From a virus, in the IMG/VR virus record IMGVR_UViG_3300008114_000013: DNA of 64,000 nt. The stretch is one strand, 5' to 3'. Shown here piece by piece: positions 54,068-63,853 of the stretch. The translations under genes and the position numbers were made by a program. The notes under the pieces are model-generated. The model worked only from the letters and a program-made list of their open reading frames with translations. It was not told the DNA's origin and did no database searches. Within the stretch, counting starts at the first letter, position 1, and every line of letters begins with the position of its first letter.

Positions 54068-55294
54068 CTACCACACAATAGTATTTTCAGGTTCTTCGTC
54101 CTTAACCTCGTTGAAAAGTGTTTCATTAGAATCACTTACAATATATTTTTGAATCAATTGCTTCATAAACACTCTTTCAGAATCCAACCCACCATCATTA
54201 GAGAAGTAAGGTAGGATTGCGATTTCCGCTGCCTCCATAAGTGAGAACCCATCGTAAATCAACCCAGCAGCTTCCACATTGGTACGGGTAGAAATCATAG
54301 TTGAAATCTTACTCGCATCCGTTTTAATCAAATCACGAGTGGTAGATGCAATCTCTGCCAATGCGTTGAGTGAGTAATCATCTGCTTCAGAATAGATAGT
54401 TTTTAACAATTCGTATTCTGATTTCTTATCTAGCAAATCCATTTCGATAGTTACAAATCGGTCCATCATAGCTCTATCCATGATGCGGGTAGATGTGTAT
54501 TCATTACCCACGTTAGCCGTAGCGATAAAGGTAACTCCTTCAGCAACTTTCACAATTGGTGAACCATCTGCCTCATCCAATCGTAGGTATCGTTGTCCTG
54601 CATCCAACACAGTCATTAGGATGTTCCAAGCCTCTGGGTGTGCTCTACTCAATTCATCCAATAGAATGATTGCGTTTGGAGTTTTGATTGCTCTAACAAA
54701 TGCGGATTCTGAAAAGAATGTACCCTTAACTTTGTCGAAGTGAGTATTACCAATTAGGGTTGCTCTCGGGTCTTGTGTTGCTCCCAAGTTGAAGTAGTAA
54801 TCAGGTCGGTTAAGTGATTTAACCAATGATTGAGCTGCCAATGTTTTACCACATCCAGTCGGTCCAGTCATCATAATGTTCTTACCTCTAACTGCTGAAC
54901 GAAGTAGATACTTCCACTTCAATTCATCCATAAACAACCCATTAGGTTTTAGTTGGTAACCTGTGTTGTGGATAAATGATTTGAGTGCCTCATGTGTTTC
55001 AAACACTTCATTTACCGATTCCGCTTTGGTTTCTTCAGTAGAATGAGTCATTTTTTTGAACTCGTCAATTTCAACAAGTTTGTAAGTTGTTTTGCCAGAT
55101 TTGGAAACATAACCACGAATGGCTTTGTTTTGGTCAAACGCCGTTTTCATACGGGTTTTTGTAACACCTGCCACTTTTGTAGCAGTTTGGTTATCAGCGG
55201 TGAGCATTGCGAATGTACGTCCTACTTTGATAACTTGGTAGATTTCATTAGTGAAACCTACAATAACATCGGATTTTCTTTTGGTAGTAGCCAT
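54068..55294 (-). CDS. MoxR/CobS-like AAA+ ATPase
   Basis: Walker A GPTGCGKT, Walker B LLDELSR, ATAN, DRAMMDRF; promoter at 55352-55382. Confidence 0.9.
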   Translation of the reverse strand: MATTKRKSDVIVGFTNEIYQVIKVGRTFAMLTADNQTATKVAGVTKTRMKTAFDQNKAIRGYVSKSGKTTYKLVEIDEFKKMTHSTEETKAESVNEVFETHEALKSFIHNTGYQLKPNGLFMDELKWKYLLRSAVRGKNIMMTGPTGCGKTLAAQSLVKSLNRPDYYFNLGATQDPRATLIGNTHFDKVKGTFFSESAFVRAIKTPNAIILLDELSRAHPEAWNILMTVLDAGQRYLRLDEADGSPIVKVAEGVTFIATANVGNEYTSTRIMDRAMMDRFVTIEMDLLDKKSEYELLKTIYSEADDYSLNALAEIASTTRDLIKTDASKISTMISTRTNVEAAGLIYDGFSLMEAAEIAILPYFSNDGGLDSERVFMKQLIQKYIVSDSNETLFNEVKDEEPENTIVW

Positions 55295-55462
55295 AATGGT
55301 ATATTTAAGTGTTTTAGAGTTTAAATGGAGAACCGTTCCCTCATTGTTTACACAATATATGAAGAAAAATCGGTTTTTCCAAGCGTTTTAGATAATATTT
55401 TTTTAATTAATGAGATGTGAAAATGGGGAATTTCACCCCAAGTTCACAGGCTTTCCGAGCCA

Positions 55463-57691
55463 TTATTTTTGTAAGAATAATTCGTTCATTGTTCTGGCAA
55501 CATCAAACATATTTGCTACATTTACTGATTTTGCTCCCTTGCCATAACATTGTTCGAAGATTCTCCAAGCTGCAGATTGTTTAACATCACCATGATAATC
55601 ACTAATAAAGTAAGATAGAGTCTTAATACCTGCTTCTTGCATTTTATTAATCTGCTTTCTAGTATGTTTAGCAGCTGCCATCCCACCATAGTTAATTTCA
55701 TCATCATTTCTGTTAATGGAAAAACAAGGTTCACCATCGGAGAAGTTTAAGAAATATGAATCCGAATCATTATTAGATGGAATCAATTGCTTCTGAATTG
55801 CTTCGAAACACAAACCTTCTGGTGTGGTGTTGTTTGCCTGTAAGATACTCATGTTCTTACAGAACTCTTTGAAACTTTTTTTAGTAGAATCATGTACAAG
55901 TGCGATATAAGGTAATCCACCATAACTCGAATCCGTAGAACGAATCGATACTTGCACATTGATGTTTCTTGCCATCTCACAAGCTTTAACAATCGCCACA
56001 GTCGAAGTAACTGCTTTTCTTAACTTCTCACCACTCATTGAGCCAGAGTAATCGATTGATATGTGTAGGTTAGCTTTCTTATACTGGTCAACCTCACGAG
56101 TGTAAAACACGTTGCTGTTATCGTATCCCAAAGAAGCAATCATTCTACCATCAATCTTACCTTTAGTCAGTCTGGAGTAGATGGTTTCACGACTCTCATT
56201 ACGAACTTGCAATTTCTTACCCAACATAGTTCCTAATACAACACCACTCTTAACTTCTTCTTCTGCCCAACGATACGCTTTCTTTGTACTCCAATCCAAT
56301 GAACTGAATGGGAATGATTCATCATTGATTAATGCTTCAGTTAGATTTTTAACTACAATACAATCTACACCCTTTCCAATAGGTCTACCACGCTCATCAA
56401 CATACTCATTACCAACACGTACCATTTCAGTGCCTGATTCGTTTATGTTTTCTAATTTTACAAGTTCACCTTTCTGAAGTTTTTTCTTTCTAACTTTATT
56501 GTTTAGAAAATCCTTCTGTTTTTGGAATTTGTTACTCAATTGTTTGGATGCAGATTTGGTTGGTTTACCGTTGGTATCGGAATCGGATGATTGAGAATCA
56601 GAATCACTATCTGAATCAGATTCCTCTCCTTCGATACCTTCGGAACTGGCATTCACACCACCTTGTTCATCTGATTTCTCATCACCACTCTGTCCACCAC
56701 CTTGTCCTTCTTCTCCATTGGAATCATTACTTTGCTCACCATTTTCTCCATTGGATTGTTCTGATTCTGATTCAGAGATTGGTACATATTTAAGGATTTC
56801 AGACATCACATTAATTGCCAACATAAATGCATCTTCGGTGGATTTTAATCGGCCGATGTTTTTCAAATCAATCATACGATAGATTGCTCTCAATCCTTTC
56901 AACTTACTCAAATCAGTTTTCTCATTGTGTAAGTTAATGATACGGAACATATACGATTCGAAATTCTCATCAGTATACTCGTCTGAAATAACACCTTTGG
57001 TAATTACTTTATCATTGAAGTAATAATCGTACATAGATGTATAGTAATCTCTATATCCAGGTGCAGTTGTAAATATATGATAATCAATTCTTCGGTCCTC
57101 AATCCAATTGGTTAGGTTACCAATTAAACCATTAACTTCATAAGTTAATCTACCATACGAACCAACTTTACCGGTAGATAAATACATTTCTTTGAATCCA
57201 GCATAGTATTTTAGATTGCTCAACAATCTATCTATTTTGTAATCGATAGAAAATGTGGGGTCAGCAATACTATTTTCATAAGAAATATATGCCCAGTCCA
57301 CTTCTTGCCACGCTTTACCCATCTCTTCTAGCAATTTGAAGTCAGAAAGTACAATGTGAGAACCTTCGTGTAATGCCAACCCAACGGATACATCAAAGTT
57401 ATCATTTACATCCGCTGATAGAATTACCTGCTTACCATCGGTTTGGGAAGAGGATTTACTCGCAAAGGTAACAGGAATGTTCTTTTGTGTTACAATTTGA
57501 ACGAAGTTTGCAATTGCTCTCCTAGTCGCGGATAGCTTATAGAGGTCATTTGTTTTCTTAAATGCCTCCAATTTGGTGGAATCCATATCGGAATATGTAT
57601 CCAAATAATCGTATGATGTGTTGTAATCATCATACCAAAAGGAACTGGCTGATTTCTTTGAATCACCCTTAAATTTGTTGTACCAACTCAT
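55463..57691 (-). CDS. CobT-like protein: HExxH metallopeptidase-like domain, acidic linker, vWA domain
   Basis: LHEGSH...EDRRID; DYSGSM MIDAS motif; FSDGEP; promoter at 57735-57765. Confidence 0.85.
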   Translation of the reverse strand: MSWYNKFKGDSKKSASSFWYDDYNTSYDYLDTYSDMDSTKLEAFKKTNDLYKLSATRRAIANFVQIVTQKNIPVTFASKSSSQTDGKQVILSADVNDNFDVSVGLALHEGSHIVLSDFKLLEEMGKAWQEVDWAYISYENSIADPTFSIDYKIDRLLSNLKYYAGFKEMYLSTGKVGSYGRLTYEVNGLIGNLTNWIEDRRIDYHIFTTAPGYRDYYTSMYDYYFNDKVITKGVISDEYTDENFESYMFRIINLHNEKTDLSKLKGLRAIYRMIDLKNIGRLKSTEDAFMLAINVMSEILKYVPISESESEQSNGENGEQSNDSNGEEGQGGGQSGDEKSDEQGGVNASSEGIEGEESDSDSDSDSQSSDSDTNGKPTKSASKQLSNKFQKQKDFLNNKVRKKKLQKGELVKLENINESGTEMVRVGNEYVDERGRPIGKGVDCIVVKNLTEALINDESFPFSSLDWSTKKAYRWAEEEVKSGVVLGTMLGKKLQVRNESRETIYSRLTKGKIDGRMIASLGYDNSNVFYTREVDQYKKANLHISIDYSGSMSGEKLRKAVTSTVAIVKACEMARNINVQVSIRSTDSSYGGLPYIALVHDSTKKSFKEFCKNMSILQANNTTPEGLCFEAIQKQLIPSNNDSDSYFLNFSDGEPCFSINRNDDEINYGGMAAAKHTRKQINKMQEAGIKTLSYFISDYHGDVKQSAAWRIFEQCYGKGAKSVNVANMFDVARTMNELFLQK

Positions 57692-57790
57692 AGCTCGGAA
57701 ATTTATTTGTTGTTAGTTAATTACTGATTGTTCCACAATATACGACTAATTTGGCAAATAAACAAGCTTTAGTGGATTTATTTTTAAAAA

Positions 57791-57961
57791 TTAAAATTCA
57801 AAATTTTCATCCGATTTTAGTCCTTTGGTAGTTTTCTGTCCTTGTCCGTTTCCGACTACCGTAATTTTTGTTGTTGGTTGTTGATTCAGTTGTTGTTCTT
57901 TTAGAGTATCTCTAATTTCTTCCAACAGCTTTTTAATCGTAGTAAATTGTTCTAAATCCAT
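57791..57961 (-). CDS. Small hypothetical protein (56 aa)
   Basis: Read manually: MDLEQFTTIKKLLEEIRDTLK... Confidence 0.5.
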   Translation of the reverse strand: MDLEQFTTIKKLLEEIRDTLKEQQLNQQPTTKITVVGNGQGQKTTKGLKSDENFEF

Positions 57962-57981
57962 ATTTGTTTATTTTATGTTTG

Positions 57982-58124
57982 CTGGTAAGGATGGATTCGA
58001 ACCACCACGAGGACTTTAGCCAAAGGACATTGCATGCATTGTGGTCAACCCATTATCCTTCGTTTATCAGTTACTCCCCACCCCCGAGACAGGAGGGCTT
58101 GTCTGCCAATTTCAACACCTACCA
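57982..58124 (-). ncRNA. Oversized tRNA-like RNA (GTC anticodon position, ~70-nt variable region)
   Basis: Acceptor TGGTAGG/CTTACCA; D-arm TTGAAATTGGCAGAC; stem CCCTC-CTGTCTC-GGGGG; T-arm GGTGG-TTCGAAT-CCATC. Confidence 0.7.
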
Positions 58125-58395
58125 AAAAGTGTTGGTTGATTTGGGTTCAACCAACAAAACCTTGAGAGAAGACCTACCAATGGTAGAACTTTCACAAAAA
58201 AAGATTATAACGTCTGTACGGTTTGTTTCCCATCTACTCCTTTATACGAGTTTCAAAGGTTACCATTTCATTCATAGCGTCCGTTCCGTCATTCGTTTCC
58301 AAATCGTTACAACCTTTTACTACATAACACCCTATGTGTATAGTACCCTTACTTCCAGTTCCCAATCGAGTTCCTTCGTCATAGGATGTTATATG

Positions 58396-58480
58396 CAGAG
58401 GAGGAGGGATTCGAACCCCCGTTACCTTTCAGTAAAACGGTTTTCAAGACCGCCGCGTTCGACCGCTCTGCCACTCCTCT
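58396..58480 (-). tRNA. tRNA-Ser(TGA)
   Basis: AGAGGAG acceptor; GCGGT-CTTGAAA-ACCGT anticodon arm; long variable arm; GTTCGAATC; G discriminator; no encoded CCA. Confidence 0.95.
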
Positions 58481-59172
58481 TAATAAAATTTTTTATTTTC
58501 AATTTTTTCTAAAATTTTGTTAGCTATATAAATATGCCCATCATTATTTAAATGATAATCGTTTGGGATACCTTCTATATTATGTTCTGATATGTCTGCT
58601 ATCCTTAATTTATTCATGCATGCGTATCCATACAAAGAATATGTATTTTCAAATTTTATAAAATTATTCAGTTCATAAAATGAATTTGTATAATACTCCG
58701 AGTCCGCATCGTAGTCCATTGCAAAACAAATAAACTTTACATTTTTTGAACGTAACCATGCGCACATTAAATCCACCTGTTTTCTAAATTCCCTGATTCT
58801 ACCTTTTCTTGAATAAAAGAACTTTAACCAATCATTATAAAAATTAATAAATATTGATTCAGTGTAATCATCTGGGTTTTCTCTCTTACACATTGAAATA
58901 AATTCATCTACCAAATCCGAATATATACCAAATCTATCATTAAAACTAAATTGAATTATATGAATGTCATCACCATTCATACTAGAGTTGCAATGGGTAT
59001 AAACATCATCTATAATTTTTTCATTTGAATTTCCTGCGTGAGAATGGTCCTCACCAATATATTCAACTTTTTCAGAAACTATATTTCTAAAATTATTAAA
59101 TACATGTGTGGTATCACTATTTTCTAATCTAGTAAATGAGCAACCGAAAAAATGCAAGGTAGGTTTATTCAT
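58480..59172 (-). CDS. SGNH-like protein
   Basis: FFGCSF, GNSN and DYHLN..GH motifs. Confidence 0.65.
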   Translation of the reverse strand: MNKPTLHFFGCSFTRLENSDTTHVFNNFRNIVSEKVEYIGEDHSHAGNSNEKIIDDVYTHCNSSMNGDDIHIIQFSFNDRFGIYSDLVDEFISMCKRENPDDYTESIFINFYNDWLKFFYSRKGRIREFRKQVDLMCAWLRSKNVKFICFAMDYDADSEYYTNSFYELNNFIKFENTYSLYGYACMNKLRIADISEHNIEGIPNDYHLNNDGHIYIANKILEKIENKKFY

Positions 59173-59188
59173 AGTTTAGAGTTAATTT

Positions 59189-59488
59189 TTATTTTTGTAA
59201 TTCATATTTACAATCACTAAATTTCAATCCCCACATCAAACAAATCATTCCCATTTCTTTTTCTGCTGCGATTTTCTTGTATTTGAATCTTTTTTGGATT
59301 TCAGTTACACCCCATCGTTTCCACTCATCATTTTGTTCTACGGTCATAGTCCATTCGGTATACCACTCATCCGTTCTACCAACAATATCATCAAAAGTTA
59401 CAGAATGACCCGCAATTTCAAACATCTTATTGATTGAATCTTTGATAAAGCAATCTTGCTTTTCTTGTAATGTTAATCTTTTAGCCAT
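59189..59488 (-). CDS. Hypothetical protein
   Basis: 99-aa ORF. Confidence 0.6.
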   Translation of the reverse strand: MAKRLTLQEKQDCFIKDSINKMFEIAGHSVTFDDIVGRTDEWYTEWTMTVEQNDEWKRWGVTEIQKRFKYKKIAAEKEMGMICLMWGLKFSDCKYELQK

Positions 59489-59491
59489 AAC

Positions 59492-59722
59492 CTATAGTTT
59501 ACCAAATTGTTGATGATTTTGTTTAATATCACTCGATACTTTTATGCCCAACCATACATCACTGAAAAATCTTTTGAGTTTTTTCATAAATGTATTATCT
59601 TCTTTATAGTTTTTAATCACTTCTTCTTCAAGTAATTCTACCATTCTACCATATGAAATTTTTTCTCTCCCAACTTGGAGTTCTAAATCTCTAACAAATG
59701 CGGTTTTAAGATATTTTGCCAT
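59492..59722 (-). CDS. Hypothetical protein
   Basis: 76-aa ORF. Confidence 0.55.
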   Translation of the reverse strand: MAKYLKTAFVRDLELQVGREKISYGRMVELLEEEVIKNYKEDNTFMKKLKRFFSDVWLGIKVSSDIKQNHQQFGKL

Positions 59723-59734
59723 ATTTTTGTTAAT

Positions 59735-60235
59735 TTAATCCCACCAATGTCTGATGTTATGTTCTATGAATCTCCAAAGTAATTTTTCTGCTTTCTTTTG
59801 TTTTTCCCGCGATTGTTTTACGAGTTCCCTTTTTACTTTTTTAATTTCTTCAGCATTATCCCACTTTTCGTATTTGTTTGTAATAAAAGATGAACCAGTA
59901 CCATCACCAGTATCTTCAAACTCCCAATCTAATGCGTCTTCACCGAATTGTTCTTCAATTTTAGCAACCCACTCTATCTCATATCTATCATCATAAACTC
60001 TATCTATTAATTCGATTGCAGTTCGGATTCGGGATGCAGTATTTTTTGCATCTGAAATATATGCTTTACCACTTTCGAAAAACTTTGCCTGTCTTTCTAA
60101 TTGTTTTTGAAAAAGTTCCAAAGAATAACGATAATCAAAATCAAATCCCTTCCAAATAATTGGTAGAAAATCGATTACTCGCTCAATCTGTCTGTATTTT
60201 CTCTTAAAGAAGTAACTTATATTAGTATAGCTCAT
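59735..60235 (-). CDS. Conserved phage protein
   Basis: 166 aa; ...WWD C-terminus. Confidence 0.65.
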   Translation of the reverse strand: MSYTNISYFFKRKYRQIERVIDFLPIIWKGFDFDYRYSLELFQKQLERQAKFFESGKAYISDAKNTASRIRTAIELIDRVYDDRYEIEWVAKIEEQFGEDALDWEFEDTGDGTGSSFITNKYEKWDNAEEIKKVKRELVKQSREKQKKAEKLLWRFIEHNIRHWWD

Positions 60236-60472
60236 TTTATTGTATTGTAATTTGGTTCTAATCGTTTGTTTAATTCATCTAACAACCTAACTTCCAATTT
60301 ATCAGCAGTGGTTGTACCTAATAATTCACCATATTTGCGAGCTATCTCTATACAATAGATTAACTCATTTAATTCTCTCATTGATAATTCCATACTCTAT
60401 CTAATAGTAGTAAATAGATATAGTATTATAGTAACCAATCCAATTAATGCCCAAAATGATGGGTCTTTGATG

Positions 60473-60721
60473 TTATCTTTCATTATCATCAATCAATTTG
60501 ATACATTTTTTGATTGCTCTAAATTGCCCATAAGTAAGACCCAAATGTCTCTCACCACTAGAATCGTAAATATGAATATCATATCCTTCACCATTAGACC
60601 ATTCAGTAACTTCCAAAAAATCACCTTTATTCTTTCTATCTTCACCTACAGACCCCACGCACCAATCTTTCAGTTCTACGAATGCGGCTTTTCGATTTGT
60701 TAAACTAATTTCTTTTTTCAT
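60473..60721 (-). CDS. Hypothetical protein
   Basis: EVTEWSNGEGYDI motif. Confidence 0.65.
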   Translation of the reverse strand: MKKEISLTNRKAAFVELKDWCVGSVGEDRKNKGDFLEVTEWSNGEGYDIHIYDSSGERHLGLTYGQFRAIKKCIKLIDDNER

Positions 60722-60726
60722 AACTA

Positions 60727-60915
60727 TTATTTTCCTCTACCTGCTTTTTTGATGCCTGTATTTTTTATTTGTGGTTGATTCTTATTGATTTTTACCTTCG
60801 TAGTTGGTAAGGATTTCCAATACGAATTTGATTTAGGTTGTGTTAATCCACCTATTAAATTATAATCTTCCAAATGTAAGTTTATCGGTTCTGGGTTTTC
60901 TTCTTCTTCTTTCAT
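60727..60915 (-). CDS. Small hypothetical protein
   Basis: 62-aa ORF. Confidence 0.5.
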   Translation of the reverse strand: MKEEEENPEPINLHLEDYNLIGGLTQPKSNSYWKSLPTTKVKINKNQPQIKNTGIKKAGRGK

Positions 60916-60922
60916 AATTTAA

Positions 60923-61186
60923 TTAAAATGTAGTATGTACCCATATAGGTGTCATTTCTCCAACGAATGTATTAAAGGTATTGTATTCTAACCAGTCTAT
61001 TGCCTCTTCTGGTGTTGTATTGTACTCTTTAGTATATATTTCAATCATCTTTTCAATGGAATACACCAATTTACCATCGTTGGAAATTCCAATCAACGCA
61101 TCGTCATACAGAGAATCATTTCCATTTTCACCTATGGGTTTAAGTGATTCAAAATCTTCTGCCATTGCCAGTATTGCCTTTTTCAT
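60923..61186 (-). CDS. Conserved small phage protein
   Basis: DDALIG...VYS.EKM...EEAIDW.EYN...GEMTP. Confidence 0.7.
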   Translation of the reverse strand: MKKAILAMAEDFESLKPIGENGNDSLYDDALIGISNDGKLVYSIEKMIEIYTKEYNTTPEEAIDWLEYNTFNTFVGEMTPIWVHTTF

Positions 61187-61189
61187 ATC

Positions 61190-61858
61190 TTATATCGGTT
61201 CATCTGGATACCATGTATTTGAAGTTTCTACAATTTCTTTAATCCTTAACTCACTATACAATTTTTCCAAACTTTCTAAATTCGTATTAGTAATTTTAGC
61301 AGTAGGGTCTAATCTTTTAATCTCACCTATCACTTCTTCAATTCTACCTCTTTTGTGGAATCCCCTTTCTATATCATCTGCCAATTCTTGTAGATGTTTG
61401 GGTGCAGATAGAGTAATTCTCAAATCATAATGACTCCATTTGGTTTTATAATCCCATATAAAAATACCTTTGGTTAGTTTTTTTTCTAAATTGTGCAATC
61501 TAAAGTTTCGGACTCTCACAACTGATTTATCACTACCAAAAGTGTGTAGAAAACGAAGAAACCATCTTGGACAACTCTTTGGTCTTGCCTCATAATCCAT
61601 TGCTAGAATAAGTGGATACATTGCCTTAAATATCTCACTATCCTCTCTGTATGGAACTGAACCCAAGTACCCATACTTTTCTTCAAACGATTGTGGAAAA
61701 AAGATTTCTCTAATATCATCCCATTCAATGTTTCTAGTGTATATCATACCTCTCTTTCTACCTCTCCAAAATAGGAGGGATTCCAAAAAATCTACTACCT
61801 TTTCTTTCAAAGGTCTCTTATCTTTAAATACAAATCGTTCTTCAGTCATTTTTTTCAT
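61190..61858 (-). CDS. Hypothetical protein
   Basis: 222-aa ORF. Confidence 0.65.
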   Translation of the reverse strand: MKKMTEERFVFKDKRPLKEKVVDFLESLLFWRGRKRGMIYTRNIEWDDIREIFFPQSFEEKYGYLGSVPYREDSEIFKAMYPLILAMDYEARPKSCPRWFLRFLHTFGSDKSVVRVRNFRLHNLEKKLTKGIFIWDYKTKWSHYDLRITLSAPKHLQELADDIERGFHKRGRIEEVIGEIKRLDPTAKITNTNLESLEKLYSELRIKEIVETSNTWYPDEPI

Positions 61859-62151
61859 CTGCTAATGCCAAAAAAAATACAGTCACAAGAGTTGTCAATA
61901 ACCATCTATGTGGTTCAACTGGTTTGTTAAATATGAATTGACTTGAGGTGTATAAACCCAAAGTAAATATCCCTATAAACGGTAAAATCTTTAATAACTT
62001 ATTTCTCATTTACTTTTTTCTAAACGGTTTTTGACTTTCTTTCTTTTTTCAATTCTACTGCATTCATCCGAAATCAATTTTACAAGCTCTCCCATAGGAT
62101 TGTTCGCTATAAAAAACCTAAATCTTGTATCCGATTCTAACATTCTAACTT

Positions 62152-62565
62152 TCATTCTGTAATAATTAAATACCCTTCACTATTTGATTTAAACTCTTTA
62201 ATTGTTTTACTCATAAATTCCTGTCCAGCTGAAAGATATGGACCTCCACTAGGGTCTACCATATCAATTACATCCATATTGGATTTTACTAATGGACCAT
62301 ATACTCTAGCAACATCAGATGGACCTACCAACTTGCCATCTTCAGTATAAATATATCTATGAACTTCTTCTTTGAATTCTTTCAAATTCATTTCTCCACC
62401 AAAATTGAGATACGCAGCGTATGCTTTAGTGTAATCGTTTGGGAATCCAAATCTAGAGTGCTTAAAACTACCCGACCATTGAATGTTACCATCTTCTAAT
62501 AGAGTGAATGTGTATTTATCACCATATCGATTAGAGTAAGTTGTTTCAGTTATCCTATTTTTCAT
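62152..62565 (-). CDS. Conserved phage protein
   Basis: NRYG...VDPSGGPYL motif. Confidence 0.65.
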   Translation of the reverse strand: MKNRITETTYSNRYGDKYTFTLLEDGNIQWSGSFKHSRFGFPNDYTKAYAAYLNFGGEMNLKEFKEEVHRYIYTEDGKLVGPSDVARVYGPLVKSNMDVIDMVDPSGGPYLSAGQEFMSKTIKEFKSNSEGYLIITE

Positions 62566-62740
62566 CTACTTTTGATTTAAAAGCGAGCATTGCTACTCCT
62601 GAATAATACCCAAAAATAACTCCAATTAGAATATCACTTACGGTTATGGGTCTACCGGGTGTTTCAAACGCAATAATTATTCCTATACACATAGTTACGG
62701 GTAGGAAATTCATAGCAATAGCATTTCTAAATCTCTTCAT
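62555..62740 (-). CDS. Small membrane protein
   Basis: Two TM helices. Confidence 0.5.
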   Translation of the reverse strand: MKRFRNAIAMNFLPVTMCIGIIIAFETPGRPITVSDILIGVIFGYYSGVAMLAFKSKVDEK

Positions 62741-63002
62741 TTTTTGATTGTTTATATTTTTTAGCAGCTTCTTTTAAAACTTCGTTTGGTTCTTCTTCAC
62801 TTTCAAGAGAATCAAAGAATGATTTCGCATCTTCATCAGATAACAATATCGGGTCATCAGATGGTTCCAACTCCTCATCAAAAAGGTCCTCACCCTTATA
62901 ATCGGGATGATTCTTATGCATGTAGTCAATTCCATTGACCCATTGGATTCCGATAAATACCGATACCAATACACATACAAAAATACTAATTATTAATTCC
63001 AT
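62727..63002 (-). CDS. Membrane-anchored acidic protein
   Basis: N-terminal TM helix; near-leaderless promoter at 63006-63036. Confidence 0.6.
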   Translation of the reverse strand: MELIISIFVCVLVSVFIGIQWVNGIDYMHKNHPDYKGEDLFDEELEPSDDPILLSDEDAKSFFDSLESEEEPNEVLKEAAKKYKQSKNEEI

Positions 63003-63048
63003 ACTGCAATATATAATTTTATTTTTAAAATTCCAAGTACTTTGTTTT

Positions 63049-63369
63049 TTATTTTAAAGAGTTAATCAATTGTATTAAAATATAAGAAAGTTTGTATCCT
63101 GTAAATGCACCAAAGGTTGATGAAAATGGAAATACTATTAGTTTTCCCAAATCTGTTACATATTTAGGTCTATTCACAATTTTACCCATAAAGAAATAAT
63201 AGGTTAGATAACCTATCAGAACTGCTAAATCCGTACGAGTTGCGATAAATACAACCAAAGTTGCTCCCAAAAACCCAAATATAAAGTTATCTCTGATTCC
63301 TTCGAATATTTCATACGGAGTTGCATCCTTCCACTCCTTTATAATCTTACTTATTCGTTTTTGTTTCAT
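63049..63369 (-). CDS. Membrane protein
   Basis: Three hydrophobic segments. Confidence 0.6.
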   Translation of the reverse strand: MKQKRISKIIKEWKDATPYEIFEGIRDNFIFGFLGATLVVFIATRTDLAVLIGYLTYYFFMGKIVNRPKYVTDLGKLIVFPFSSTFGAFTGYKLSYILIQLINSLK

Positions 63370-63788
63370 ATTGATTGGTTGAACTTATTTATCTCATTTA
63401 TATCTAAATCCGGATTATGATGTTCTCTATGGCAGTTTGCGCATAAACAAATGACTTTACTAAATTCATTCATAATCCAATCCATATTTCTGTTTGATAA
63501 TGTTCTAGCAGTTAATGTTCCTTCTTTTTCATTTGGGTCAATGTGGTGGAAATCAATCGCTCCTATGTTTTTATTATACCCACAAATTTCACATCCACCA
63601 CCTCTTAACTCAATCAATTTTAACTTCCGTTCTATTGCCCGTTTTGTTTGTGAATGATATGTATTTTGTTGAACTTTAACTCTATGCCAATGTGCCTTTT
63701 GCTTACAATTATTTGAACAATATTTTACTTTTTGCCCACTTATTGGTGTATCACATACTTCACAATTTTTTAAATACTCATTTTTCAT
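63366..63788 (-). CDS. HNH endonuclease (zinc-ribbon type, possible homing endonuclease)
   Basis: CEVC...YCSNNC; CEICG...DFHH...CANCHREHH; next to a tRNA gene. Confidence 0.85.
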   Translation of the reverse strand: MKNEYLKNCEVCDTPISGQKVKYCSNNCKQKAHWHRVKVQQNTYHSQTKRAIERKLKLIELRGGGCEICGYNKNIGAIDFHHIDPNEKEGTLTARTLSNRNMDWIMNEFSKVICLCANCHREHHNPDLDINEINKFNQSI

Positions 63789-63853
63789 AATATATCTTTT
63801 AATATAAATATAAAATTATTATGAAAAACTTCATACCTAACCAATTTTTGTAG

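Noticed and set aside
54068-57691. Cobalamin biosynthesis (cobS/cobT) call
   Set aside because: No cobN or other cob genes are present, and the peptidase-vWA architecture fits the generic phage MoxR/vWA module.
57964-58512. 182-aa + strand ORF
   Set aside because: It is antisense to tRNA-Ser and the tRNA-like RNA and has atypical composition.
1309-63657. Numerous + strand ORFs in the track outside 32.0-33.7 kb (e.g. 1309, 7718, 15036, 21249, 42551, 46016, 60981)
   Set aside because: They are antisense shadows of well-supported minus-strand genes.
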